Notes: generated from the letters alone by a model not told the origin. Positions 8,900 through 18,919 are shown, counted from the stretch's first letter. The stretch: 64,000 bases of DNA from Candidatus Heimdallarchaeota archaeon (GCA_030603365.1 JAUVXV010000001.1:480001-544000), one strand, 5' to 3'. Program-made: numbers and translations.

Positions 8900-9556
8900 T
8901 TATGCCTTATATGGCATAATTTCTACAACAATGTTTTCGTCAACTAATTCGATGTCTCTTGCAGCCTTACGGACAGCTTCTTTGGCGATTTCAACCATTT
9001 GATCAGTTGTTAAATCTTCATTATATGTTTCTTTCAAATAAGCAATCGCTTCAGAATCACCTTCGCCCATAGCTTTGGCTTTACAGGACATTACTCCACC
9101 TCCAGGATCTACAAAATGTAGACTTGGTCCTTTATGATCGATTCCTCCAAATAACAGCCCCACTCCAAATGGTCGAAGACCACCTTGTTGTGTGAATACT
9201 TGAATGTAATCTCCTATTTTTATCGAAAGTCCTTGAATATCAATTGGTTCTGCATAAGTTAAGTTGAAGATTTCTGCTTCTAATCTTGAACGAGTAATAA
9301 GAAGTCTACCATCAGCAGCAACTCCAGCAAAGATAGCATGAATTTTATCTGAAATTTTGTGAATCTTTAGATCGGGTTCATTTAGATCAACGATTCTAAG
9401 TAATCCTGCAAGAACTACACCATGTTTACTTTTAATTCCAACAGCAATACTTCCTCTCCTGACTGATTCTCTTGCATATTCAGTTTGAATAATACGTCCT
9501 TCAGGTGAATACATAGTTGTTGTTCTATCATATCCCATAGATTGTGGTCCTAACAT
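8900..9556 (-). CDS. psmA: Proteasome alpha subunit
   Basis: GYDRTTTMYSPEGRIIQTEYA, GVAADGR, GGLRPFGVGLLFGG. Confidence 0.95.
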   Translation of the reverse strand: MLGPQSMGYDRTTTMYSPEGRIIQTEYARESVRRGSIAVGIKSKHGVVLAGLLRIVDLNEPDLKIHKISDKIHAIFAGVAADGRLLITRSRLEAEIFNLTYAEPIDIQGLSIKIGDYIQVFTQQGGLRPFGVGLLFGGIDHKGPSLHFVDPGGGVMSCKAKAMGEGDSEAIAYLKETYNEDLTTDQMVEIAKEAVRKAARDIELVDENIVVEIMPYKA

Positions 9557-9560
9557 TTTC

Positions 9561-10235
9561 TTAAGCCTCCAAATACTTCTTTACATCTTCAGGAGTCAAT
9601 CTCTTGATTCCTTTCTTGTTCACTAGTACAACATCCATACCATCACCAGTTGCAGTATCTCTACTAATTGCTGTAGCTAATGCAGTTATGGCAATTTTCA
9701 AACCCTCTTCTTCTGGTAAATTTTCTTTCCAAGTTGATTCAAGAACACCATATGCAACTAGAGATCCTGACCCTGTAGATGCAAAATCTTCCGCTGAGAT
9801 TCCTCCAGCCATATCTAATGTGTAGATATGTTCGCCATAATCATCTATGCCTGCTACAATCATTGAAACCCAATAAGGAAAATATGATCTATATTGTTCA
9901 TACATGATAGATGCAAGAAGACTACCTGCCATTTTAGTAGAAGGAGGATATCCTCTTCCTAATTCGTAAAGACTTAGGTTTGCTCTTGTCAGATGAACTA
10001 GATACTGAGCGTCTGAGACCAACCCAGCGATAGTAGCAATAGTGAAAGCATTGAGTTCATGCAGCTTTTCTACTTTCTTTGAAGCTATAAAAGTACCCAT
10101 AGAAGCTCTTTTGTCAGCAGCTGCTGCGATGCCTCCCTTGAATTTCAAAGCTATAGTTGTTGTACCATGTTTTGGATCCATAAATGGGTTGTTTGTCATC
10201 CCACTAAAATTTGGATTATTCATAGGATTGTTCAT
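9561..10235 (-). CDS. psmB: Proteasome beta subunit with propeptide
   Basis: HG|TTTIAL, ADKRASMG, AGLVSDAQ, TGSG, RDTATGDG; catalytic Thr/Lys/Asp retained. Confidence 0.95.
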   Translation of the reverse strand: MNNPMNNPNFSGMTNNPFMDPKHGTTTIALKFKGGIAAAADKRASMGTFIASKKVEKLHELNAFTIATIAGLVSDAQYLVHLTRANLSLYELGRGYPPSTKMAGSLLASIMYEQYRSYFPYWVSMIVAGIDDYGEHIYTLDMAGGISAEDFASTGSGSLVAYGVLESTWKENLPEEEGLKIAITALATAISRDTATGDGMDVVLVNKKGIKRLTPEDVKKYLEA

Positions 10236-10294
10236 AATATTACCTCGTTTATTTTTCTTTTTTATTTAAATATTTAGTGTTTTCATCGATTTAA

Positions 10295-11011
10295 CTAATT
10301 ATAAGTTGTTTTATCAATGTGATTTGTTATTTCATCTTCATAGATGTCTACTCTCACATCATTCAGATTTAATATTTCATTATTTACCCATTTTGTTATC
10401 ATTTTAATGTTTGAATTTGTGGGTTGAGTTTCTCTGTATTCTAAGTCAATTGAACCATTTCTGTTAACAAATAGGTGGACTTGATTATCATCACTATCTT
10501 TCCAACACAATTTGATTTGATCTTTTATTGTTCTTTTGTAGAGAAAACGGAAATCACCAAACCATCTTCTTTCAAGGATAGAACTTATTTCTTCCTGATC
10601 TAAAGGTGGTATTGTTCTGATTTTTTGCCATTTTGAGCTATAATTGGTGTCTTGTACATTTACCGCTTTAGCATTTAAAAGATCCTTAATTAGTGATTTA
10701 GTATATCTGCTTCCAGCATGTGTTAATTCATATGTTCCATAGTTGTTTTTTAGCAAATATTTTCTGTCTTGCAATCTTTTCAAAGCTTTTGTAAGTTGAT
10801 GCTGGTGAAGCGTTGTAGTTTTTCTTAATCCTGAAAAACCATATAAAATATTTGAATCTGATAATGCAAGTAACAATTGAACCTCGGGTAATGTCATATA
10901 ATCATATTCTGTACTGTAGAAATAATCATTTGGCAAATTATCTAATTTTAAACTATTTTCATGTGTCTGTTTAAAACTAGAGAACTCATGATACCATTGG
11001 TCCATATTCAT
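10295..11011 (-). CDS. Winged-helix (MarR-like) domain protein
   Basis: FSGLRKTTTLHQHQLTKALKRLQDRKYL..GTYELTHAG. Confidence 0.65.
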   Translation of the reverse strand: MNMDQWYHEFSSFKQTHENSLKLDNLPNDYFYSTEYDYMTLPEVQLLLALSDSNILYGFSGLRKTTTLHQHQLTKALKRLQDRKYLLKNNYGTYELTHAGSRYTKSLIKDLLNAKAVNVQDTNYSSKWQKIRTIPPLDQEEISSILERRWFGDFRFLYKRTIKDQIKLCWKDSDDNQVHLFVNRNGSIDLEYRETQPTNSNIKMITKWVNNEILNLNDVRVDIYEDEITNHIDKTTYN

Positions 11012-11111
11012 AATATTTTCATTATAATCTTTGACACTACACTATATAATGACTCGGTTTTATACGAAATGTCCTATAGTTTTTGTCAACAGATGAATCG
11101 TTTTTTTGATT

Positions 11112-12857
11112 TTATTCCTCTGAAGATGTATCATCTGAATCAGGATCTATTGATGCAGATGTTGGGTGCAAATACACTTCTCCTTCAAGAATAGTATATG
11201 GAATTCTTCTTTCATCAATCCATGGAGCCCCATCTCTAAATTCTTTGAACATATCATTACTCACTATCATGGCCTCTTCCTCTTCAGCTAAGCGAAGAAT
11301 GAATTTATCTCCATCTACTCTAGCAGGAAGCATCTTTATGGCTCCTTCTCTCACAAGTTGATCTAATCTCTTCTGTTCATCGATTTGATATCTTAAAGCT
11401 GCATCAGCAACAGTTATTATTTTCTTGAAATTCGCTCTACTCAATCGATTTATCATTGATTCAACATTAGCAATTTTTGGCTTATTTGACAAGCTCTTCT
11501 CTTCCCATGCAATATTTGATCCATCCAGAATTACCGTTTCAAAAGGATATCTTAGTTCGGGGAAAATTCTTGTTCTAGAAATCTGTGTTCTTTTTGCTAT
11601 GCCTAGAAAAATATCTCTAGAAAAATAAGCTAACCCTAAAAGTAGTGCTGTAAAAATAATTCCGTATATAATTTGCTCTGTTTGTAACGTATCAAGATTA
11701 GGTTCAATAGGAATAACTGATACTTCTTGAAATCTCGTTAAGAGTAAATTAGAATACCATTTTGTTTCTGCTATAGTAGTCCATTCTAAATCTATTGTGA
11801 AAAATAATGCAACAGCTCCAGAGATGATTGGGTTTCCGATGACTGATAAATAGTTTTTACCTGAGATTGCCCTTGTTGAATCTTCAATCCCCTCAAATTC
11901 TATATTATCACAATCAACTATTGGTAAAACATATAACGTAACACCTTCATTATTCGTTATTTCATATTCAATCAAGTATTCTTCTCCCATTGTTACATTA
12001 ATGGGTAGATTCCAGACATCAATCTCTATCTCTGGCATAACAATGATTTGTAGTGTATCACTTTCCGTTACTTTTTCAGTTTCTGGATCATCTACTGTTT
12101 TATAAGTAATGGTAAAAGAGTGCTTCTGATAGAGAAAAGTATCTGGATAGAACCCAATATAATCTGAAAAGCTTTCTCCCCCCTCTATTTCTAGATTAGA
12201 TATTAAGATTGCCCAAGTAACAGAACCTGTTGTACCTGTTTTCGTTATTTCATTTGTGACGGTAACATTTGTTGCCTTTGTTTCACCCGTGTTGGAAATT
12301 ATACAAAAGACCTCATTATTCTGTTCTCTTTCAAGATAAACAGGATTAATAGGGAAAAACATTCTTAACCTTCCAAAAGGAAGAACGGTCAGTTCAAATG
12401 TTGATGAGGCATTATATGTTTTTGATGTTGTACTATTTGCAAAAGCGGTGACTGAATAATTACCGGCGTCTTGACCATTGAATGTGGGCCAAGGAATGGT
12501 TTGGTTGAAATATCCTGTTTCTGTATCATTTAGAAGTATTGTATTCTCATAAATTATTTCAACTGACGGATTTGTAATGTTAAAAAAGATATACGAATCA
12601 GGGATATATGATTCGTTTTCTTCATATGTGTACTGAAATAATATTAGTAGATCATCTTCTCCTCTAGTTAGAGCCGTTGTGTTTAATTCCATGACAAATG
12701 TAGCATTTTCGAGAGTATGAAAAATCGGTTGAAATAGATTGTCTATAGGAGGTTCTCTTGCTTCAGTTGGCAGAGTTGCAGGATTCAATAAAAGAGATAT
12801 AAAAGCGATTCCTACTATTAAGCTGAAGACACTACTCTTCATTGACCTCCTGTACAT
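11112..12857 (-). CDS. Type I membrane protein: signal peptide, Ig/CARDB-like ectodomain, TM, cytoplasmic NYN (Zc3h12a/Regnase-like) RNase domain
   Basis: Signal (..LLLNPATLPTEA); many NxS/T sequons; ISNTGETKATNVTV (CARDB-like); TM IIYGIIFTALLLGLAYF; VILDGSNIA, ADAAL, DGDKFIL, IVSNDMFKEF. Confidence 0.85.
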   Translation of the reverse strand: MYRRSMKSSVFSLIVGIAFISLLLNPATLPTEAREPPIDNLFQPIFHTLENATFVMELNTTALTRGEDDLLILFQYTYEENESYIPDSYIFFNITNPSVEIIYENTILLNDTETGYFNQTIPWPTFNGQDAGNYSVTAFANSTTSKTYNASSTFELTVLPFGRLRMFFPINPVYLEREQNNEVFCIISNTGETKATNVTVTNEITKTGTTGSVTWAILISNLEIEGGESFSDYIGFYPDTFLYQKHSFTITYKTVDDPETEKVTESDTLQIIVMPEIEIDVWNLPINVTMGEEYLIEYEITNNEGVTLYVLPIVDCDNIEFEGIEDSTRAISGKNYLSVIGNPIISGAVALFFTIDLEWTTIAETKWYSNLLLTRFQEVSVIPIEPNLDTLQTEQIIYGIIFTALLLGLAYFSRDIFLGIAKRTQISRTRIFPELRYPFETVILDGSNIAWEEKSLSNKPKIANVESMINRLSRANFKKIITVADAALRYQIDEQKRLDQLVREGAIKMLPARVDGDKFILRLAEEEEAMIVSNDMFKEFRDGAPWIDERRIPYTILEGEVYLHPTSASIDPDSDDTSSEE

Positions 12858-12961
12858 TTAGTGCACTTCTATTTTATTATTCAATATAATATTTTTTCTT
12901 GGTTTAATAAGTTTAACGTGAGTTAGTAGAATTTTCCACCTGTAATCAGAAAAAAACTTAG

Positions 12962-13293
12962 TGAACGATGCGAAAATACCCCTGATTCTGTTTGGAAGCC
13001 GTCAAGGACCTTCCGGGCAACATTCATCTAAGCACTTTACCCAGTTCATATGAACTCTACTTAAGCTTGCTCCTCGATGATTGACCGTTTCAGCGGTTCC
13101 TATATCCTCCTCAGCAAATTATCTCTAGAAGTGTCACCACTCTATTCATCGCATCATTGTCTCTGAATATAGGTCGTATCGTTTCTGTTCCAAGAGCCAT
13201 ATTCTCATATGGTGGATTTACATCCACATCGATTTTATTGGAGTCAGGAGGTTCCTCAGCTATAAGCCGATAGTTGCCTTTTCGCTTCGCTCA
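12962..13293 (-). ncRNA. rnpB: Archaeal RNase P RNA
   Basis: Minus strand: GAGGAACCUCC, AACAGAAAC, CUGAAACGG, GGAGCAAG, AACAGAAUCAGGGGUAU. The ends pair as P1 (UGAGCGAAGCGAAAA / UUUUCGCAUCGUUCA); T-run follows downstream. Confidence 0.92.
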
Positions 13294-13358
13294 ATGTATT
13301 GTTAAATTTATTTAAAATAAAACTATCTGTTTTTGAGACTTGTTATTTCATTTGGGAT

Positions 13359-14525
13359 TTATATTACTTTCATGCTCTTACCAATTTTTTCCATGGTTTC
13401 CAAAATGAAATCTATTTCGTCTTCTGTATGGGTTGCCATTACACAGCAACGTAATCTTCCAGCTTCTCTTGGAACTGCTGGAAATACTATTGGAGGAACA
13501 AGAATCCCTTCCTTTTTCATTTTCTTAGCATAACGAAAAGTTTTGATGTCATCTCCTATAATTACAGGAACAATTGGTGTATCTTTACTTCTCAATGTGT
13601 TATAACCCATTTCTTTTACTCCATTAATGAAATAGGCATAATTCTTTTGAAGTGATTTAATCAATTCTTTGTCAGTTTCTATAATTTCCAGAGCTTTTAA
13701 TGATACAGCAGCACACATTGGTGGAAGTGCTGCACTAAAAACAAAAGCATTTGATGTAAATTTTAGGTATGTAATGACTTCTTTTCTAGCTGCTATATAT
13801 CCACCTATAGAAGGTATAGCTTTGCTCAATGTCCCCATATAAATGTCAACTGCACCAGGTTTAAGATCAAAATAATCATCAACACCTCGTCCATTAGGAC
13901 CAACTGTCCCGAGAGCATGAGCTTCATCCACCATAGTAAAAGAATCATGTTGTTTAGCAATTTCTATTATTTCAGGCATTGGAGCTATATCTCCATCCAT
14001 ACTAAATACACCATCAACTATCACCAGAACGCGTTTATAGTTTGAACGATTTTCCTCTAATACCCTTTCCAAATCACCAGTATCATTATGGTTGAATCTT
14101 TTCCAGTCTGCTTTCGATAAAATACACCCATCGTATATACTTTGATGGTCATATTTGTCAATAACAATAAGATCATCCTTACCAAAGAGTGTAGATATTA
14201 AAGTCATGTTTGTAACATATCCACTACTATAGACAATTGAATCTTCTGTTCTTTTAAAATCAGCAATTTTTCTTTCTAACTGTTCATGTATATCAGCTGT
14301 TCCAGTAAGTAATCTTACTCCTCCTGCACCACTACCATATTTATCTAAAGCTTCATGAGCTACTTTGAATATTTCAGGATGTGAAATCAATCCCAAATAG
14401 CTATACGATCCTAACATCAGAAGTTCTTGATTACCGATAGTAACTTTATTTGAGGCTACTCCTTGAATAGGTAACATGTAAGTCATTAAACCAAATCTAA
14501 CAAGATTTTTCTCCCTAGCTAACAA
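13359..14525 (-). CDS. PLP-dependent alpha-oxoamine synthase (AONS/KBL/serine palmitoyltransferase family)
   Basis: GSYSYLGL, GSGAGGVRLLTG, HQSIYDG, DGVFSMDGD, VDEAHALG, GTLSKA (PLP Lys), FSAALPP. Confidence 0.9.
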   Translation of the reverse strand: MLAREKNLVRFGLMTYMLPIQGVASNKVTIGNQELLMLGSYSYLGLISHPEIFKVAHEALDKYGSGAGGVRLLTGTADIHEQLERKIADFKRTEDSIVYSSGYVTNMTLISTLFGKDDLIVIDKYDHQSIYDGCILSKADWKRFNHNDTGDLERVLEENRSNYKRVLVIVDGVFSMDGDIAPMPEIIEIAKQHDSFTMVDEAHALGTVGPNGRGVDDYFDLKPGAVDIYMGTLSKAIPSIGGYIAARKEVITYLKFTSNAFVFSAALPPMCAAVSLKALEIIETDKELIKSLQKNYAYFINGVKEMGYNTLRSKDTPIVPVIIGDDIKTFRYAKKMKKEGILVPPIVFPAVPREAGRLRCCVMATHTEDEIDFILETMEKIGKSMKVI

Positions 14526-14739
14526 ATCCTTTATTTTCTTATTGTCAATAATGTCTGTAATTTTATTCGCCTCAAGCTGAGATAAACCTCAATATATTGA
14601 ATTAGACAATAATATGTTATTAATAAAACTTCACTTAAAATCATAAAATTAAAGTGCTTATTTCTCATTAAGACTACAAATTATATGATTCTTTTGTGGT
14701 GTTTAAATAGGTTCGACAGACTGAGAGTACTGAAAGTAA

Positions 14740-15105
14740 ATGACAAGATTTTGGGGTGATAATGAAGAAGCTCGGTTGTTGGCTAAAAAAACAATCGAAA
14801 ATCATCTTCAAAAAATTACTGAAAATCAAGGTCAAGTGAACGTCAAAGATTTATTTAAATTATTGTGGAATGATTATCATCTTTTTGATCATTATTTACG
14901 ATTAGTACTCAGACTGGAAGAACTAGAAAATGAAGCAAAAATTTCAATTGATTCAGAGAAAAATCTGAAACCTGTAAAAATGACTGTACTTGAAACTGAA
15001 GGACTAAAAGAAATAAAAGTGTGGGATTTCTATAACAAGAAAGATCAAGTAGATAGAAATAAGCAGATAATTGAAAGGTATAAGAAGATAAACTTTCTAG
15101 CTTGA
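14740..15105 (+). CDS. Hypothetical protein (possibly winged-helix)
   Basis: 121-aa ORF filling the gap with typical codon usage; no clear motif. Confidence 0.55.
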   Translation: MTRFWGDNEEARLLAKKTIENHLQKITENQGQVNVKDLFKLLWNDYHLFDHYLRLVLRLEELENEAKISIDSEKNLKPVKMTVLETEGLKEIKVWDFYNKKDQVDRNKQIIERYKKINFLA

Positions 15106-15177
15106 GATTAGGAATTCTTAATCGAAAGATATAAAGAGGGAGAAAGTTTAGAAAGAAACAAGTTTCTTGATTTTAAT

Positions 15178-15253
15178 GGGCCAGTAGTTCAGTGGATAGA
15201 ATGGCTGCCTGCGGAGCAGTTGGTCGCAGGTTCAAATCCTGCCTGGTCCGCCA
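15178..15253 (+). tRNA. tRNA-Arg(GCG), CCA encoded
   Basis: GGGCCAG/CTGGTCC acceptor stem, anticodon arm GCTGC-CTGCGGA-GCAGT, GGTTCAAATCC T-arm, 3' GCCA. Confidence 0.95.
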
Positions 15254-15270
15254 ATTTTTCTTATTTAAAA

Positions 15271-17193
15271 TTACTTTTCCCCTAGATATCCTTCACCAAA
15301 CCATTTGAAAATAACTTCATCTATCGCTTGTTCTAAAGAATTCTTAATTTCTCCATGGTATTTTTCAGGAAAGGTAATCTGATTTAATTCTTTAACAGAT
15401 TCATGTAAAGCTCTTCTTTGATGAAAAGTATCTTTCCTTGTAATCATAACTATTCCCGTTTCTTTATAACCAAATTCAGCAAGAATAACTATATCCTCTC
15501 CATAGTCAATTTTCATAACTTTGCCAATTTCACTTGTAAAAACTTCAGAAATTATGTCTTTCGCAGCTCTAACCATTCCCCCAAAAAGAAGTACGTCATC
15601 AACTATCTTTTCTTTCTTTAGATATTTCTTTAATGGAATCCCTGACCTATGTAGAATAATAAGCTGGTTTGGCAAGATTACCGCTGTATCCTGTTCAGGT
15701 GATATATTATATCTTATCAAATCTACCAACTCTTTGATAATCTTTTGAGCTTCTAGTACTAATCTTCGTTTTTCGAGGACATTATTAGTTTTAGAAATAG
15801 ATTTACAATAACCATCAATATCCAATAAAATTGGTTTAAAGGATGTATCTGGTTGTTTGTCTACTGTTAAAAGTTTCAGATCATCTAAAAATTTCACACA
15901 TTCATATAGATCCTCCTCTTTTTGATTGGATAAGTAGTTGAACAAGATAACCTGAATAAGGTCAATAAGAATCTTTGCTGATAAGTGATCCATGCTCTTT
16001 TTAGCAGCAACCTTTAATGATTGATTCAAATAATTCTTACCTTTTGAGATATTCAAATTCTTTATTTCCTTTTTCCCAAAAAAATAAAGGATATGAGGAT
16101 TTTGTTCAATTTCTTTAGCTGTTTTTCCTTCTATTAATCCTCCTAAAACCTGATTAAATTCTACTACTTTTCCTTGTTCTATATATAACTCAGCTAAAGA
16201 ATAATCAACTAAGTCATCTTTTGCTCCTATCTCTTCTAGAATTCTTTTTGCTAAAACAAATTCATCTATAGATGAAGCTATTAGTCTTTTCTGAGCGTAA
16301 ATATCTCCTAAATTTGAATGTGCGATTGCTAAAGATCTTTTATCATCACATTTTTCATATAAAGGTATAATTTGTTGAAGCCTATTTTCAGCACTATTAA
16401 AGTTTCCTTGCATTCTTTCAACATCTGCTAGATTAGAAAAAGTTGAAGCTTCCCCTCTTTTATCACCAAGTTCGCTATAATATTTCCCTGCTAGTTCAAA
16501 ATAATTTTTTGAATTATTCCAATTACCTGAGTATTTTTCAAGAACTCCTAAGAGATTGTTTAGCTTAGCAATATGTATTCTGTCTCCATATTCTTTTGCT
16601 TGATGGAGTTTTTCTAAACAGCTTTTCTTTGAATCTTCTACATTTTTTTCAGTTCTAGCTGACCATAGTTCACCATAGATACAATTGAGCCATACATCCA
16701 AATAGATTTGCTTTTTATTACCTACTAATAGTCCAGTAAGTATTTCTTTGATTTGATTGAAAAATAAAATTGCTTCTGTCTTCTTTCCCCTTCTATCTTT
16801 AATTCTTGCCAATCCAATTTTACTTGATAGACTGATTAAATGGTCATCTTCGTCTATAAGGTCTTGAAAAATAATCTCTGCTGAATCGTATTCCCCTTTA
16901 CGAGTAAAGGAAAATCCTTGCCAAAGGAATAAGTAGTTGTTATTCTTGTGTTTTACAAGCTCTTTTTCCAATTCATCAAATAACGATAAATTATATAGAA
17001 TCTTACCTAAGGCAAATAATATCAAATCTGAATTATTTTTAGTTTTTGTCAAGACAAGTGAAACAAGTTGAAGCTGTTCTTCTAATGAGTTATTTTTCCT
17101 TTCATTTTTAAATTGATTAAATAACTTTTGCTCTTCTTGAAACCAGTTATCAACATAATAACTGATTTCGGGAAAAACTAACACATCATTCAT
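15271..17193 (-). CDS. TPR-repeat protein with C-terminal longin/roadblock-like domain
   Basis: NLLG/SNLA/SNLG TPR units with GDKRGEA; C-terminal LIILHRSGIPL...LLFGGMVRAAKDIISEVF. Confidence 0.8.
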   Translation of the reverse strand: MNDVLVFPEISYYVDNWFQEEQKLFNQFKNERKNNSLEEQLQLVSLVLTKTKNNSDLILFALGKILYNLSLFDELEKELVKHKNNNYLFLWQGFSFTRKGEYDSAEIIFQDLIDEDDHLISLSSKIGLARIKDRRGKKTEAILFFNQIKEILTGLLVGNKKQIYLDVWLNCIYGELWSARTEKNVEDSKKSCLEKLHQAKEYGDRIHIAKLNNLLGVLEKYSGNWNNSKNYFELAGKYYSELGDKRGEASTFSNLADVERMQGNFNSAENRLQQIIPLYEKCDDKRSLAIAHSNLGDIYAQKRLIASSIDEFVLAKRILEEIGAKDDLVDYSLAELYIEQGKVVEFNQVLGGLIEGKTAKEIEQNPHILYFFGKKEIKNLNISKGKNYLNQSLKVAAKKSMDHLSAKILIDLIQVILFNYLSNQKEEDLYECVKFLDDLKLLTVDKQPDTSFKPILLDIDGYCKSISKTNNVLEKRRLVLEAQKIIKELVDLIRYNISPEQDTAVILPNQLIILHRSGIPLKKYLKKEKIVDDVLLFGGMVRAAKDIISEVFTSEIGKVMKIDYGEDIVILAEFGYKETGIVMITRKDTFHQRRALHESVKELNQITFPEKYHGEIKNSLEQAIDEVIFKWFGEGYLGEK

Positions 17194-17194
17194 T

Positions 17195-17845
17195 TTAAAG
17201 CTCCGAATGTTTTGACTTATAGAATGGGCTATTTTTCTTCAAAGGAATCTGTGAAAAAGCTTCTGCATGTTTTGTTGTAGCTTGAGCACCTCTCATCAAT
17301 GTTCTATGCTTATGGAATTTGATATAGAAATTCTCTCCTCCTTTATAGAGCTGTGATTTATAGCATTTGATAGCTAATTCTTTTACATCATAGAACCCTG
17401 ATATATCTACGAGAATGTGAGGATTTGGAATTAAGATTGTTGTTTCAGCAACATAAAGCTTGGACACAAGATGAGAATTTTCATGCTGTGTCTCATGAGC
17501 TGCCCATTCTATCCCCTCTCGTACTATTTTGTGACTTATCCGATGATCAATATGATAATCATCTTCAAGGTGAGTCACAACTACTTCAGGTTGAAACTCT
17601 AAAAGGAAAGAAATAAACTCTTTAGTAATTTCCTTTTCGTAATTTGCTACATCAGTATATTCATAGATAATTGGTTTTTGAACTCCTAAAACTTTTGTAG
17701 CTTCAGAATATTCTTTTTTTCTATCTGAAGATGAAGAAAAACAAACCGTACTCACTTCATGTCCAGTACCTATATACTTGGCAATTGTCCCACCTGAACT
17801 TAGGGACTCATCATCAGGATGTGCAAAAACAAAGGCAATCTTCAC
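17195..17845 (-). CDS. PIG-L/LmbE family deacetylase
   Basis: FAHPDDESLSSGGT, DYHIDH, VDIS..K..AI.CYKSQ, AEAF. Confidence 0.9.
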   Translation of the reverse strand: MKIAFVFAHPDDESLSSGGTIAKYIGTGHEVSTVCFSSSSDRKKEYSEATKVLGVQKPIIYEYTDVANYEKEITKEFISFLLEFQPEVVVTHLEDDYHIDHRISHKIVREGIEWAAHETQHENSHLVSKLYVAETTILIPNPHILVDISGFYDVKELAIKCYKSQLYKGGENFYIKFHKHRTLMRGAQATTKHAEAFSQIPLKKNSPFYKSKHSEL

Positions 17846-17896
17846 AACTTTATGATAAAAAAAAGATATAAAAAGAATTCCTATCCAGTTCCAGAA

Positions 17897-18919
17897 TTAT
17901 TGCTCAAGATAATCGGTAGCAAAAATTCCAGTCTTATAACCATCACCCATTAGAATTGTTGAATAGTCTATTTCACCTTTAACCGTACCAGCTGCAAATA
18001 ATCCTTTGATGTTTGTTGAATTAAATTCGTTGGTTTGAATGAACCCATCATCATTAACATCAATATCTAAACCCTGCAAGAGTGTTAAGTTTGGTTTATC
18101 CTTAAGTTCAATAAAGACAACATCAGTAGATATTTCTTTTTCTTCTCCTTCTTTAGTAAACTTTACGCCTTGAACAACATTTGAACCCACAACTTCTACA
18201 CTTTCTAAATTAATGTTATAGTGAATCTTGATATTTTGAGTTCTTTCAATCTTTTTCAAAAACCTCTTATCACATCCTAACTCAGCTTCAGGACATATTA
18301 CTGTTATTTTTCTGCAATATTCTCTTAAGTGCAATGTTCCTCTAGCAATAAAATTGCCTATACCAATAATGACTGCTTTTCGTCCTCTAAAAAGTGCTCC
18401 ATCGCAAACAGCACAATGAGAAACTCCTTTATGAACAAAGTTTTCTTCACCTTTAATTGAGTTCTTTAACTCGGGAAGTCCTGTAGATAAAATAACTGCT
18501 TTTGCATTATGTTTTTGGCTTTCTGTGATTATTTCAAAGCCTGTCTCTATCTGGTTTACAGTTTTAACATTATCATTTATGATATGTATTGAAGAAGCTT
18601 GTTCCAATTGAAGCAAGGATATAGATAAGCTGACTTTGTGTACACCTTGTTGTTCTTTCATCTCTTTAACAACTTTTTGTGCTGATTCAGCATTTAATTT
18701 CTCAAGTTGTTCTGTTACCTTCTGAATTAGATCTACACCCACTATTTTATCAGTACCAGGAATATTTTCTATTTCACCTTTCTTCGCTGTATTTGAATCA
18801 AAAGGTAATCCATAAAGATTGATTCTTAAATCTGGATTTTTTGAATATGCAGCAATTGCAGCAGACATTCCAGTTAAACCAGGTCCTATAATTGCTAAGT
18901 CACAACTATCGTCATCCAT
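17897..18919 (-). CDS. Thioredoxin reductase-like FAD oxidoreductase
   Basis: IIGPGLTGMSAA, LSTG, GVSHCAVCDG (CxxC), TNIKGLFAAG. Confidence 0.85.
   Translation of the reverse strand: MDDDSCDLAIIGPGLTGMSAAIAAYSKNPDLRINLYGLPFDSNTAKKGEIENIPGTDKIVGVDLIQKVTEQLEKLNAESAQKVVKEMKEQQGVHKVSLSISLLQLEQASSIHIINDNVKTVNQIETGFEIITESQKHNAKAVILSTGLPELKNSIKGEENFVHKGVSHCAVCDGALFRGRKAVIIGIGNFIARGTLHLREYCRKITVICPEAELGCDKRFLKKIERTQNIKIHYNINLESVEVVGSNVVQGVKFTKEGEEKEISTDVVFIELKDKPNLTLLQGLDIDVNDDGFIQTNEFNSTNIKGLFAAGTVKGEIDYSTILMGDGYKTGIFATDYLEQ

Noticed and set aside
14526-14590. Possible non-canonical start for the oxoamine synthase (GAGGT followed by about 20 in-frame codons lacking ATG/GTG/TTG)
   Set aside because: Cannot be distinguished from the TTG start at 14525 without homolog alignment or Ribo-seq.
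15178-15300. tRNA-Arg as an integration site for an island
   Set aside because: No integrase and no duplicated tRNA 3' end noticed in the window.
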